64,000 nucleotides of DNA from Patescibacteria group bacterium (lineage in GTDB: Bacteria > Patescibacteriota > UBA1384 > XYA2-FULL-43-10), in the NCBI GenBank assembly GCA_041674405.1, contig JBAYVT010000003.1, forward strand, positions 8,721 through 72,720. The letters run 5' to 3'. Position 1 is the first letter of the stretch. Every line of letters begins with the position of its first letter. This document shows positions 19,079 through 29,177 of this stretch, one piece after another. The position numbers and the translations under genes are program-made. Below the pieces are notes generated by a model. The model was not told the origin of the DNA. It made no database searches and saw only the letters and a program-made list of their open reading frames with translations.

Positions 19079-19500
19079 TTTTTATTTTTATCCCAGAAGC
19101 CTGCCTTGGGAGTGCTTTCGGCTATTACTTCATCTTTGAGTTCATCTTTTTCAGTTTTTCCAGGGGTTTCTTTGGCACCAGCCATAATACTATTTCCATT
19201 GAAAATTGCACCTTCGCGAATAATCAGGGTTTTGGTTTTAATATCGCCGGAAACCGCTCCGGTCGGATCGAGCTCAACTTTTTCAGTCGCTTCCACCACC
19301 CCATCAACTTTGCCCGAAACCAAAATATTTTTGGCCATCACCGGACCCTTCACACTCGCAGAAGAACCAATGGTCACATTTTCATCGCTCTTAATCTCCC
19401 CCTCGACATTACCATTGATCTGAATCGAACCCTTGTTTTTCAAGTTCCCCTTGACGCTGACATCCACACCAATGATTGTGTCTGCTTGTTGGGCTTCCAT
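19075..19500 (-). CDS. bactofilin (polymer-forming cytoskeletal protein)
   Basis: It has a repetitive beta-helical DUF583 pattern (VxGxVxGxI repeats, KTKTLIIREGAIFNGN). Confidence 0.8.
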   Translation of the reverse strand: MEAQQADTIIGVDVSVKGNLKNKGSIQINGNVEGEIKSDENVTIGSSASVKGPVMAKNILVSGKVDGVVEATEKVELDPTGAVSGDIKTKTLIIREGAIFNGNSIMAGAKETPGKTEKDELKDEVIAESTPKAGFWDKNKK

Positions 19501-19600
19501 TTTGCTCCTTATGATTGATTAGTATTTACTATTTTCTTTACTAAATCATATCACAGATAAATTTTCAAAGAAGGGGATAAATATGTTGATAAAACTTGTA

Positions 19601-19627
19601 CCGCTCGCCCATACCAGGGGCGAGCGG
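19601..19627 (-). terminator. GC-rich hairpin terminator belonging to the GC-rich islet gene
   Basis: ccgctcgccc-ataccag-gggcgagcgg abuts the stop codon and is followed by a T-run on the minus strand. Confidence 0.5.
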
Positions 19628-20506
19628 TCAGTCAGTGTCTGGTAACCCCCAGATCCGTATCCAGAGGAAAAGGAACAAAGTAAGAAATAGGTGCTGCGTT
19701 AGCACGGAGCCAAGGGAGAAATATGTGGCTCCGGCTCGCCGAAAGCGGTAGAGGTCACGATAGCGCATTATGCCGCCGCCGCCGATGATGGGGAATCCCT
19801 TCGGCAAAACACTCCTCAAAGTCGTGATCGTTTCGCGGGCAATCTTCTGGATCTTGCTTCCCGAAACGGCGCCTTTTACTCCGAGCCATCGCTCGAGCGG
19901 GGAGGGTTTGTTCCCAAAGATGCGTTCCCAGCGAACGGTATTGATAGCGCTCACGGCCTGTATATAACCTTGTCTCGCTGCACAAGCAACTGCCTTTATT
20001 TGCCGCTCGTCAGCGGCAATTTTGGCAATGACAGGTCGTGGGAGGAACCTGGCAACCCTCAGGATTCCCAAGAAGTCGATGGCTTCGGCGACGTTCGGGC
20101 ATGAGAGATTAATCTCGAACGCCAGAACGTGCCTGAACCACTCCGGATGAAGCTTGTGGTATTTTCTCACAAGCCGAACCATCATAGCCATTTCGGCCGG
20201 AGACTTGGCATGAAGTGATACGATTACGTCGTGCCGCAGCCTAGGAAGAATGACCAGTAGAAGATGCAATAACCCTTTGTTACCGAGGGCCATAGCATTG
20301 ACACAACTTTCCATTCCCCACAGCATACGGAGGGCTTTCCACGGAGGATTGCCTTTGTTAGGTAGGTAGGTGACGGATTTTAGTACCGGAATCATTGCGA
20401 CCATCCAGTAATAAATCCGCTGCAGTGGAATCCAACCCATGCCTGTCATCCCCATCGCGCCAGAAGCGACGATGAGTTTTTTGGGCAGAAGCAGTGTCTT
20501 ACTCAT
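19628..20506 (-). CDS. dihydroorotate dehydrogenase (PyrD)-family TIM-barrel protein, compositionally foreign (55-58% GC)
   Basis: DHOD motifs are present: ASGAMG, KSVT...GNP, NAMALGNKG, EINLSCPN and IIGGGGI. The local GC content is about 57%, against about 30% in the flanks. The C-terminal tail is unusually hydrophobic. Confidence 0.6.
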   Translation of the reverse strand: MSKTLLLPKKLIVASGAMGMTGMGWIPLQRIYYWMVAMIPVLKSVTYLPNKGNPPWKALRMLWGMESCVNAMALGNKGLLHLLLVILPRLRHDVIVSLHAKSPAEMAMMVRLVRKYHKLHPEWFRHVLAFEINLSCPNVAEAIDFLGILRVARFLPRPVIAKIAADERQIKAVACAARQGYIQAVSAINTVRWERIFGNKPSPLERWLGVKGAVSGSKIQKIARETITTLRSVLPKGFPIIGGGGIMRYRDLYRFRRAGATYFSLGSVLTQHLFLTLFLFLWIRIWGLPDTD

Positions 20507-20652
20507 CGACTCACTTCCTTTGCAATGTTGTCGGTGCCTCGAAAAAAGTATATTCGAAAATCCGAAAGATCACAAATGGATGATTATAACCCTTGAAGAA
20601 TCTTGACAAATGGTGTATAATTGCATAGATTTTTGCGAATCAGAAAGTATAT

Positions 20653-23499
20653 ATGGATCAAATCAAAATACATGGTGCCAGAGAGCATAATTTAAAAAAT
20701 ATAAGCCTTGATATACCAAGGAATAAGCTTGTTGTGATCACCGGATTATCCGGTTCGGGCAAGTCTTCCCTCGCCTTTGATACGATTTACGCCGAAGGCC
20801 AGAGAAGATATGTTGAAAGCTTGTCATCCTATGCAAGGCAATTTTTGGGCATAATGCAAAAGCCAGATGTTGACTATATTGAAGGATTATCTCCGGCCAT
20901 TTCGATCGACCAGAAGTCAGCGTCTAGAAATCCAAGATCAACCGTGGGAACAATCACTGAAATTTATGATTATTTAAGATTACTTTTTGCCCGGGTTGGA
21001 ATTCCACATTGCCCGAATTGCGGCAAACCAGTTTCTCGTCAATCGGTTTCTGAGATTACAGAGCAGGTTTCAAAATCAGGAAATAACACTCGCCGAATAG
21101 CAATTTTAGCACCACTTATTACTGATAAAAAAGGTGAACACAAGCAAATTTTTGAACAAATTAAACGCGGCGGCTTTGCTCGCGTCCGGCTTGACGGCAC
21201 AATTATGGACCTTGAGGAAGCTGAGAATCTTGAGCTCGATAAACAAAAAAAACACTCCATTGATGTTGTCGTCGATCGCCTTATTATTGAACCCCTCGAC
21301 CTTGCTCGAGGTAAAAAAGGTATTGACGAATCAAACCGGAAGCGCCTCTTTGATTCTATAGAAAAGGCTCTCGAAGTTTCGGGTGGGAAACTTACCGTTT
21401 ATAACTTTGAAACCGATAAATCAAAGTTTTATAGCGAGAATTTCGCTTGCGCTACTTGTGGCATTTCAATGCCAGAGTTAGCGCCGCGATCATTTTCTTT
21501 TAATTCTCCTCATGGCGCTTGTTCTTATTGCCAAGGACTCGGCACTCGCCGGGAAATTGACCCGAAGTTAGTTTTGCCTAACCCAAAATTATCAATTCTG
21601 GAGGGAGCAATTCGCCCATGGATTCGTTCGACTTCGAATTCAACCTGGTATTTTAGAATTATGGAAGCTGCTGCCCGCGCACACAAGGTTGACCTTGGTA
21701 AACCTATTAAGAACCTGAGCAAAGATGATCTGAGGGTAATTTTATTTGGCACAGGTGAAGAAGAATTCAATGTCCGAGGATATATTACAAAGTATGAAGG
21801 TGTCATACCCAACTTAATGCGACGTTATAAAGAAACTGATTCCGATTATGTAAAACGAGAAATTGAAAAATACATGGTTGTAAAAACTTGTCCATCATGC
21901 GGTGGAGCCAGATTGCGTCCGGAAGTATTGGGTGTAAAAATTAATGACAAAAATATTGTTGAAATTTCTCAAATGACGATTGAAAATTCGGCTGCTTTTT
22001 TTGATTCACTTGATAAAAAACTTACTGAGAGTGAAAAAAATATTGCCAAGCAAATTATTAAAGAAATTTCCCAGCGTCTGAATTTCTTAATTAATGTTGG
22101 CTTACCATATTTGACCATCGATCGAAATGCTGCCACCCTAGCAGGTGGAGAAGCACAAAGAATTCGCCTGGCAACCCAAATTGGTTCTGGCCTCATGGGT
22201 GTTTTATACATATTGGACGAGCCTTCGATTGGCTTACATCAGCGCGATAACGGAAGGCTTTTGACAACACTTAAAAATCTAAGAGATCTCGGAAATACCG
22301 TTATTGTAGTCGAGCATGATGAGGAAACAATGGAAGAATCAGACTATCTCATTGATATTGGTCCTGGTGCCGGTGAGCACGGCGGAAATGTTGTGTGCCA
22401 AGGCACACCAAGCGAGGTGAAAAAAATGAATGGATCTGTGACGGCTGATTATCTGTCTGGTAGAAAAAAAATTGACATACCTAAAATCCGCAGAAGCGGT
22501 TCGGGAAATTTTCTGGAAATTATCGGAGCCGAGGAAAACAACCTTAAAAATATTGACGTGAAAATTCCATTAAACGCTTTTGTTTGTGTCACAGGGGTCT
22601 CGGGTTCAGGCAAATCAACATTGATCAATGATATCCTAGCCAAAGATCTTTCGCATAAATTTCATCGATCTCAAGAACTTCCTGGAAAACACAAGGAAAT
22701 AGTTGGATATGAAAATTTGAACAAGATTATCGATATTGATCAGTCTCCAATTGGTAAATCTCCACGCTCCAACCCCGCAACTTATACTGGGGCTTTTACC
22801 CCAATCAGGGAACTTTTTGCTAGCACCCAGGAAGCAAGAATGCGCGGTTACAGGCCTGGTAGATTCTCCTTTAATGTCAAAGGTGGACGCTGTGAAAAGT
22901 GCCGCGGTGATGGCGTTATTAAAATAGAAATGCACTTTTTGCCCGATGTATATATAACTTGCGAGGAATGTAAGGGCAAAAGATACAATAAAGAAGCTTT
23001 AGAAATTCATTATAAAGGTAAATCGATTGCCGATGTGCTAGATATGACAGTTGAGGCAGCAACAGAATTTTTCAAAAATATTCCGAATATATACCAAAAA
23101 TTTGTGGTCTTAAGTGAAGTTGGTTTGGGCTATGTTAAGCTCGGACAGCCAGCAACAACTCTTTCTGGCGGCGAAGCTCAGCGAATTAAGCTTGCTACCG
23201 AACTTGCTAGGCGCGGAACTGGAAAAACCCTCTACATTCTCGATGAGCCGACAACCGGCTTGCATTTTGATGATGTGGGGCGGCTTTTGAAAGTTTTGAA
23301 TGCGCTTGCGGACAAAGGCAATACTGTGCTTGTGATCGAACACAATCTTGATGTAATTAAATCAGCTGACTATATCATAGACATGGGCCCAGAAGGCGGG
23401 GACAAGGGTGGAAAAGTTATCGCCAAGGGCACTCCCGAAGAAATTGCCAAGTCAGAAATTTCTCATACCGGCACTTATCTTAAGAAAATATTGAAATAA
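20653..23499 (+). CDS. uvrA: excinuclease ABC subunit A
   Basis: It has two ABC modules ([12 protein letters not shown] and [10 protein letters not shown]), zinc fingers ([18 protein letters not shown]) and LSGGE signatures. The product is 948 aa. Confidence 0.95.
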   Translation: MDQIKIHGAREHNLKNISLDIPRNKLVVITGLSGSGKSSLAFDTIYAEGQRRYVESLSSYARQFLGIMQKPDVDYIEGLSPAISIDQKSASRNPRSTVGTITEIYDYLRLLFARVGIPHCPNCGKPVSRQSVSEITEQVSKSGNNTRRIAILAPLITDKKGEHKQIFEQIKRGGFARVRLDGTIMDLEEAENLELDKQKKHSIDVVVDRLIIEPLDLARGKKGIDESNRKRLFDSIEKALEVSGGKLTVYNFETDKSKFYSENFACATCGISMPELAPRSFSFNSPHGACSYCQGLGTRREIDPKLVLPNPKLSILEGAIRPWIRSTSNSTWYFRIMEAAARAHKVDLGKPIKNLSKDDLRVILFGTGEEEFNVRGYITKYEGVIPNLMRRYKETDSDYVKREIEKYMVVKTCPSCGGARLRPEVLGVKINDKNIVEISQMTIENSAAFFDSLDKKLTESEKNIAKQIIKEISQRLNFLINVGLPYLTIDRNAATLAGGEAQRIRLATQIGSGLMGVLYILDEPSIGLHQRDNGRLLTTLKNLRDLGNTVIVVEHDEETMEESDYLIDIGPGAGEHGGNVVCQGTPSEVKKMNGSVTADYLSGRKKIDIPKIRRSGSGNFLEIIGAEENNLKNIDVKIPLNAFVCVTGVSGSGKSTLINDILAKDLSHKFHRSQELPGKHKEIVGYENLNKIIDIDQSPIGKSPRSNPATYTGAFTPIRELFASTQEARMRGYRPGRFSFNVKGGRCEKCRGDGVIKIEMHFLPDVYITCEECKGKRYNKEALEIHYKGKSIADVLDMTVEAATEFFKNIPNIYQKFVVLSEVGLGYVKLGQPATTLSGGEAQRIKLATELARRGTGKTLYILDEPTTGLHFDDVGRLLKVLNALADKGNTVLVIEHNLDVIKSADYIIDMGPEGGDKGGKVIAKGTPEEIAKSEISHTGTYLKKILK

Positions 23500-23514
23500 T
23501 TTTTCTGAAATTAA

Positions 23515-23558
23515 AAATGTAGGAAAATCGCCACGATCGCGATAAAATTCCTACATTT
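23515..23558 (+). terminator. uvrA terminator hairpin, a member of the CACGATCG-core palindrome family
   Basis: AAATGTAGGAA...CACGATCGCGATAAAATT...TTCCTACATTT is followed by TTTTATTTG. Its right half closely matches palindrome D at 29178. Confidence 0.6.
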
Positions 23559-23656
23559 TTATTTGAAATAGATATTGCCCACATTTGCTAAATAAATTTT
23601 TATCTGTATAATTTATCGTATATTATCGTATAAGTTATACTTTTAGGATCAAAATA

Positions 23657-24733
23657 ATGGAAATCAAAAAACAAACTTACATTTTTTATGATGTGGACGG
23701 CACATTGGCACAGCCCTTTCAGTCACCTCCAGAGAAATTAAAAAAGGTGATAAAAGGTATAGACAAGGCGGGAATAAAACAAATTCTTTGTTCCGGAAAG
23801 AACAAAGAATATTTGGCCGGAATGGCGCGCAGCCTCGGAATTGAAAGTACTTCGCATATAATTGCTGAAAATGGCGGCGTCATTTACGATTGGCGGAAGA
23901 TGAAAATTCATTATAAAAATCCGGATGGAGAAAAAGTCAGAAAACATAAAGAGAAAATTTTGTCCGAAATCAAAGGCAATAAATTTGCCGAGGAAGCAAA
24001 AGAAACTATTGTTACCATATTTATGGAAGATCTTGATAAAACTCCGGCGTTAGCAAAGAGGATTACTAAAGCGTTAAATGATCCAGACTTAGCTATTAAA
24101 CACTACAAAGACGGGGCGATTGACGTTTTCCATTCAAAGGTGAACAAGGGTAAGGCCCTGGAATATTATTTTAAAAATTTGACTGAGTCATCCGATGCAC
24201 AAGTTTTCACATTTGGAGATGGTGTCAACGATCTTGAGATGCTCGAGTTTGGAACCCCTGTAACATTTGCTGATGCCCACCCGGAAGTGATAAGGGCAGT
24301 AAAAAATCGAAATGGACTTGTCTCAGAAAAAGATGGCCCTGATGGCGCAGTCGAGGCTCTATCCAATTTATCTTCGGACGGGCTGCTCCCGGAGGCCTTC
24401 AACCACATCGGATTTGCTTATCGTCCCTGGGGCAGCTGGGAGGTTTTGTCAACCGGTGACGGATTCAAGGTAAAGAAAATGGTTGTAAAACCTGGCCTTA
24501 AATTAAGTTTACAGAAACATAAACATCGATCTGAACACTGGTTTGTTTTTGAGGGCACTGCAACCGTTACACTAAATGGTTCTACCCTTAAAATTAACCA
24601 CGGTAATGACATTTACATCCGAAAAGAAGCGATACATCGCGTTAGCAATAGGGGCAAATCTGATTTGGTAATCATAGAGGTCCAACGGGGTAAGTATTTA
24701 GGCGAAGATGACATTGTGAAAATTAAAGAATAA
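23657..24733 (+). CDS. fusion of a HAD-IIB (Cof-type) phosphatase with a type II mannose-6-phosphate isomerase-like cupin
   Basis: The N-terminus has the HAD motifs I (FYDVDGTL) and IV (GDGVNDLEM). The C-terminus is a cupin (RPWGSWEVL ... HRSEHWFVFEGTATV) like the C-terminus of ManC/PMI. Confidence 0.65.
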   Translation: MEIKKQTYIFYDVDGTLAQPFQSPPEKLKKVIKGIDKAGIKQILCSGKNKEYLAGMARSLGIESTSHIIAENGGVIYDWRKMKIHYKNPDGEKVRKHKEKILSEIKGNKFAEEAKETIVTIFMEDLDKTPALAKRITKALNDPDLAIKHYKDGAIDVFHSKVNKGKALEYYFKNLTESSDAQVFTFGDGVNDLEMLEFGTPVTFADAHPEVIRAVKNRNGLVSEKDGPDGAVEALSNLSSDGLLPEAFNHIGFAYRPWGSWEVLSTGDGFKVKKMVVKPGLKLSLQKHKHRSEHWFVFEGTATVTLNGSTLKINHGNDIYIRKEAIHRVSNRGKSDLVIIEVQRGKYLGEDDIVKIKE

Positions 24734-24788
24734 ATGTACTAGATTTATCCACATTGCATGTTCGGTATTTGTTCGGTATAGTTCTAGC

Positions 24789-26018
24789 ATGGACCTAAAG
24801 AAAAAACCCAAAGATTTTTCAACTCTTTTTCTCGATATGAACGCTTATTTTGCCTCTATTGAGCAGCAGGTCAACCCACCTCTTCGCGGCCAACCTGTCG
24901 GTATCACGCCCTATACCGGCCCAACCGGCTGCGTAATTGCGCGTTCATACGAGGCCAAGGATTGGGGAGTGGGGACGGGGGACCTGGTCCGCGATGCTAG
25001 AAAAAAATGCCCCAAAATCCAAATTATCGAGGCACGACCAGCGCTTTATCAGCTCTATCACCGGGAAATTTTGAAAGTTTTGAAGGCTCACTCTCCGTAT
25101 GTCACTCCCCTTTCGATTGACGAATTCTTAATTCATCTTACGGGCAGTGATTGTTCAGAAGTAAATTCGCTCAAGATGGCGGAAAGTCTGAAGAACGGAA
25201 TCACAAAAAGTGGCGACTACCTAAAGTGTTCAATCGGTATCGGTCCAAATTATTTTCTTTCAAAGGTAGCCGGAGAGTCAAAAAAACCAGACGGCCTTAC
25301 TGTTATAAAGTTAAATAAACTAGATGAATTTTACAAACATTTAAGATTGCGTGATTTACCAGGAATTAATCACAGAATGGAAGCCCAGCTAGCGCATCGT
25401 GGTATATACTCATCTTCTGATTTTTTTCAAGCAAATTTAGTTTCCATGTCGCGAATGTTCGGCCACATTGGCAAAACCTGGTATTACCGATTGCGTGGAT
25501 ATAATATTGATGAATTTGAAGTCAAGACTAAAACCATCGGGCACTCGCATGTTTTACCACCGGATTTCAGGACTCGTAATCAAGCAGTGGCAGTGATCGA
25601 AAAATTAGTAGCAAAATCCGGCTATCGGCTTCGCAATCAGGGCTACTTTGCTGCCGGGGTTGCTATTTCTGTTGGTTTTATGGAAGGCGGAGGGTTTCAC
25701 AAGACCAAAAAGTGCACCGCTTTTTCTGATAATCGGACATTTCTCCTGGAAGTAAAAAGTCTACTTAAAAATTGCCAAATTTGGCGCACACCGCTTTATG
25801 TTGCCGTCTCTGCCTTCAATTTATCTCGGCAGACGGGGCGGCAAATCTCGATCTTTTCAGAAATAGAGCGTTCACGACGGATTTCCGAAGCGATGGATGA
25901 GGTGAATGATGAGTTTGGTGCAAGCACGCTGTTTACCGGCTCGCTTTTCCCCGCAAAAGACACAGCGCCTGATCGCATTCCATTTGGGAGAGTAAGATAT
26001 GAAATACTCAATTTTTGA
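24789..26018 (+). CDS. dinB: Y-family DNA polymerase (DinB/UmuC-like, pol IV)
   Basis: FLDMNAYFASIEQ and the palm motif SIDEFLI are present, with a little-finger domain. Confidence 0.85.
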   Translation: MDLKKKPKDFSTLFLDMNAYFASIEQQVNPPLRGQPVGITPYTGPTGCVIARSYEAKDWGVGTGDLVRDARKKCPKIQIIEARPALYQLYHREILKVLKAHSPYVTPLSIDEFLIHLTGSDCSEVNSLKMAESLKNGITKSGDYLKCSIGIGPNYFLSKVAGESKKPDGLTVIKLNKLDEFYKHLRLRDLPGINHRMEAQLAHRGIYSSSDFFQANLVSMSRMFGHIGKTWYYRLRGYNIDEFEVKTKTIGHSHVLPPDFRTRNQAVAVIEKLVAKSGYRLRNQGYFAAGVAISVGFMEGGGFHKTKKCTAFSDNRTFLLEVKSLLKNCQIWRTPLYVAVSAFNLSRQTGRQISIFSEIERSRRISEAMDEVNDEFGASTLFTGSLFPAKDTAPDRIPFGRVRYEILNF

Positions 26019-26130
26019 GTATTTCATAAAATTTAAATCCCAAACTAGGATTTAGGGGTTAGAATTTTGCTTTTTGTTATTTTATGAACTAGAATATGGT
26101 TGAAATATTAAATCTAAACGCGGAGGTAAC

Positions 26131-26466
26131 ATGGGGAATGTTCATTTTGGCAGGTGGGCGTTTGTCGCTGGAATGGTATTGGCAGTAGCAGCAGGATTTT
26201 TCACAATTCCGTATGTTCTTACAATTTTGGCAATCTTGGGTTTGGTTGTAGGATTTATGAATATACGCGCCAGAGAATCCGAAAGATATTTAATTGCCGT
26301 AATTGCTCTCCTTATTATGGGTACTGGAATTTTAGAAGCGCTGTCTGCACTGGGTTCGCTTTATGGCCTTGGCGAATCAATCCTAACTAATCTGATTTCA
26401 TTTATAGGCGCCTCCGGTTTGGTGGTTGCAGTAAAACAAGTTGTCACAATGGGACAAGGCGAGTAA
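26131..26466 (+). CDS. small membrane protein (3 TM)
   Basis: The product is hydrophobic, and GGAGG lies upstream of the ATG. Confidence 0.4.
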   Translation: MGNVHFGRWAFVAGMVLAVAAGFFTIPYVLTILAILGLVVGFMNIRARESERYLIAVIALLIMGTGILEALSALGSLYGLGESILTNLISFIGASGLVVAVKQVVTMGQGE

Positions 26467-26533
26467 AATCACGTCAATTTAGAAAAAAGGATCAGCTGAT
26501 CCTTTTTTCTTTTTCACAAGATCGATATAATAT

Positions 26534-27025
26534 TTGCACATGACTATCACAATATTTATTCTACTTTTGTTGTTTCTTCTTGCCGGAATCGCCGGCACGT
26601 TTTTGGTGGTTTTACCGGGAATTCCTTTTATGTTCATTACAGTCCTTGCCTATGCAATTTTTGACCGCTTCCATCGAATAACCGGGTGGAACATACTTTT
26701 TTTTGCCGCTTTGACCTTAGCCTCATTATTCATTGATTATCTTTCGGGGATTATGGGTGCAAAACTTTTTGGTGCTTCAAAATACGGCACGATTGGAGGA
26801 ATTATCGGCGGATTAATTGGTCTTTTTGTCTTTCCACCATTTGGAATTTTCATTGGAATGTTTCTGGGAGTGATAATTTTCGAGGTAATGCTTTCAAAAA
26901 AATCAGTCACGAAATCAGTAAAATCCGGCACCGGATCGATATTGGGCTCCATCGCCGGCATTGTCATCAACCTGATAATTGCCCTGGCATTCCTCGTCAG
27001 TTTTATAGTTCTATATTGGAAATAA
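26534..27025 (+). CDS. DUF456-family membrane protein
   Basis: It has 4 TM segments and FLVVLPGIPFMFITVLAYAIF, typical of DUF456. Confidence 0.55.
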   Translation: MHMTITIFILLLLFLLAGIAGTFLVVLPGIPFMFITVLAYAIFDRFHRITGWNILFFAALTLASLFIDYLSGIMGAKLFGASKYGTIGGIIGGLIGLFVFPPFGIFIGMFLGVIIFEVMLSKKSVTKSVKSGTGSILGSIAGIVINLIIALAFLVSFIVLYWK

Positions 27026-27663
27026 TGTCGAAAGATTATTTACAACTTAATAAAGAAACCTACGATCGCCTTGCAAAAGAATTCCAGGATAAGATTGGAA
27101 GCCGTCTGTCCTCCGACAAAAGAGTCGTTGAGAGGTTTGTTTCATTTTTACCGACACCGAGCAGTAACATCAATATCTTGGATATTGGACCAGGCAATGG
27201 AAATATGAGCATGCTGCTATCTGAGCTGGGTTATAATGTAACGGCTATTGAAATTTCGCCAGAGATGACCCGAGTTGCTTCAAACAACGCACCCAAGGCA
27301 AAAATAATTACAGATGATTTCTTGAGCCACCAATTTGATAAAAGTTTTACGGGAATATTGGCAATTGCCTTTATCCATCTTTTTCCGAAACAAGACTTAT
27401 TTAGGGTATTAAATAAAATAAAAGATTTACTAGAAAATGATGGAAAGGTTTATTTTTCTACAACTAAGCATCGGAATTCCGAGGAAGGGATGTTTTCAAA
27501 AAATAATTTCAAGGATAAATCAAAACGGTTTAGGCATAAATTTACAAAAGAAGAGCTCTGGGAGCAGTTAGAAAAAATAGGATTTAGAATAATTGATTAT
27601 TCTGAAGATATAGGTTGTGAAGAAGAAAATAAAATTTGGATGAATTTCATCGTTTCAAAATAG
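27016..27663 (+). CDS. class I SAM-dependent methyltransferase
   Basis: SAM-binding motif I is ILDIGPGNGNMS, and an acidic residue follows beta-2 (NVTAIE). Confidence 0.75.
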   Translation: MEIMSKDYLQLNKETYDRLAKEFQDKIGSRLSSDKRVVERFVSFLPTPSSNINILDIGPGNGNMSMLLSELGYNVTAIEISPEMTRVASNNAPKAKIITDDFLSHQFDKSFTGILAIAFIHLFPKQDLFRVLNKIKDLLENDGKVYFSTTKHRNSEEGMFSKNNFKDKSKRFRHKFTKEELWEQLEKIGFRIIDYSEDIGCEEENKIWMNFIVSK

Positions 27664-27665
27664 AT

Positions 27666-28418
27666 TTATCTTAGTGTCCAGCCACCGTCTACAATAATGG
27701 TTTGGCCAGTGATGTAGTCAGCTTTGCCTGAAGAAAGAAAAACAGCCAAATTTGCAATATCTTCCGGCTGGCCCATGCGTGCCAACGGAATGGCCGAGAT
27801 AGTTTGTTGTTTTGTTGTATCGTCTGATTTTGCACCTGGGGTTTCAATCGCACCCGGAGCTACTGCATTCACATTTATCTTTTTTGGCGCAAGCTCGACC
27901 GCAATAGCGCGGATAGAGGCATTGATACCCCCTTTTGTTGCGCAATAGTGAGCAAGTCCGGAAAATCCAACGAAGCCAGCAATTGAAGAGATGTCAACAA
28001 TTTTACCTCCGTTCACCATTTTCTCTGCTGCTGCCTGAGTACAAAGGAATGTTCCCTTCAGATTTACCGCCATTACCTTATCCCAATCCTCCTCTGTAAG
28101 CTCGAAAAATGGCTTCATGGGGTATATGCCGGCATTATTAACTAAAATATCAAGCTTACCAAATTCAGAGATGGCTGCTTCAATCATTTTGTCTACGTCA
28201 GCCTTGCTCGAGACATCGGTTTTTATTGATTTTGTTACATATCCTTGCGAATTTAACTTTTGTGCGCTCTCGGCAGCGGCCTCTTCGTTCATGTCAGCAA
28301 TTAAAACTTTAGCGCCAGATCTTGCTAATCGTTCAGTAATGCCCAGACCAATCCCCATTGCCCCGCCTGTTACGATGGCAACCTTATCTGTTAGGTCGAT
28401 GAATTTATCCACTTCCAT
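27666..28418 (-). CDS. SDR-family oxidoreductase (FabG-like)
   Basis: It has TGGAMGIG, NNAG and YxxxK (YCATK). Confidence 0.85.
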   Translation of the reverse strand: MEVDKFIDLTDKVAIVTGGAMGIGLGITERLARSGAKVLIADMNEEAAAESAQKLNSQGYVTKSIKTDVSSKADVDKMIEAAISEFGKLDILVNNAGIYPMKPFFELTEEDWDKVMAVNLKGTFLCTQAAAEKMVNGGKIVDISSIAGFVGFSGLAHYCATKGGINASIRAIAVELAPKKINVNAVAPGAIETPGAKSDDTTKQQTISAIPLARMGQPEDIANLAVFLSSGKADYITGQTIIVDGGWTLR

Positions 28419-28534
28419 ATATCCTCCGTGTTAATATTCCAGATCATTATATATCCAAAATATATTTTTCGCCATGTACATTCTCGGGTTTGTCGTTCAA
28501 AAACAAAGCACATAAGTTAATATTGATAGCAAAA

Positions 28535-28578
28535 AAACGTAACAATTCTTCCGCGACCGCGTAAAAAGTGTTACGTTT
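28535..28578. repeat. palindromic hairpin repeat, copy B (AAACGTAACAATTCTTCCGCGACCGCG...GTGTTACGTTT)
   Basis: It has the same arms and centre as copies A and C, with T-runs on both sides. It lies between the 3' end of the regulator gene and the SDR gene start. Confidence 0.6.
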
Positions 28579-29174
28579 TATTCTGAGATCAAATCTTCCT
28601 TAAACAAAATTCCACGATCAATGAATTCTTCAATAATATTTTGTTCTCCCTGAAAAATTTCCGAGATCATAATTACGACATTTTCAGAAACTCCAAGCCT
28701 TTCAGATAATTCCGATATCTCCCGCGTGCATTCAAACGGATAAACATGCACGCTTTTTTGAATCTGAATAAAGCCAGCGTTTTTAATTGCTTTACGAAAA
28801 ATATCTCTCTCATCCCGCATCTTCTCGGGAATATCAAATATTACAACTCTCCATTTTCGATCCCAAATCTCCGATCGTTTCACCCGAATATCAAAAGTCA
28901 TTATTTTTTTGATATGGTTAATTCCCCTGGGTGTAATTTCAAGATATTTTTCTTTATCCCGGGTAAATGATTCAATATATCCGTGCTTTTTGAGATAATA
29001 GATCTTTTGGCGTAGATTGATTTTAGAATTTTCGATTTCATCTTTTGCTGCCATAGCTGATTTTCTATAAACGGGGCTTGCTTCAAAAAAAGGCATAACC
29101 GTGGCATCGAATAATGCTAAAAGAATCTCTTTCGCGCTCAATTTTGCAATTTCTAAACTTTCTCTTTTTAACAT
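28578..29174 (-). CDS. winged-helix transcriptional regulator with a Cas2-like / PaaX-like ferredoxin-fold domain
   Basis: The N-terminus is a wHTH. The central block WRVVIFDIPEKMRDERDIFRKAIKNAGFIQIQKSVHVYPF looks Cas2-like. The likely start is the in-frame ATG (MLKRES) just downstream of palindrome D, because the track's TTG extension to 29252 would run through the palindrome. Around 29161/29221 my reading of the sequence is frame-inconsistent with the track by one base, so I trusted the track. Confidence 0.6.
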   Translation of the reverse strand: MLKRESLEIAKLSAKEILLALFDATVMPFFEASPVYRKSAMAAKDEIENSKINLRQKIYYLKKHGYIESFTRDKEKYLEITPRGINHIKKIMTFDIRVKRSEIWDRKWRVVIFDIPEKMRDERDIFRKAIKNAGFIQIQKSVHVYPFECTREISELSERLGVSENVVIMISEIFQGEQNIIEEFIDRGILFKEDLISE

Positions 29175-29177
29175 TTG

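Noticed and set aside
19590-20600. The GC-rich blocks as rRNA fragments or other structured RNA genes.
   Set aside because: Each block contains a clean protein-coding ORF with an RBS and a recognisable protein family (PyrD) or TM segment. None shows rRNA-like conserved motifs.
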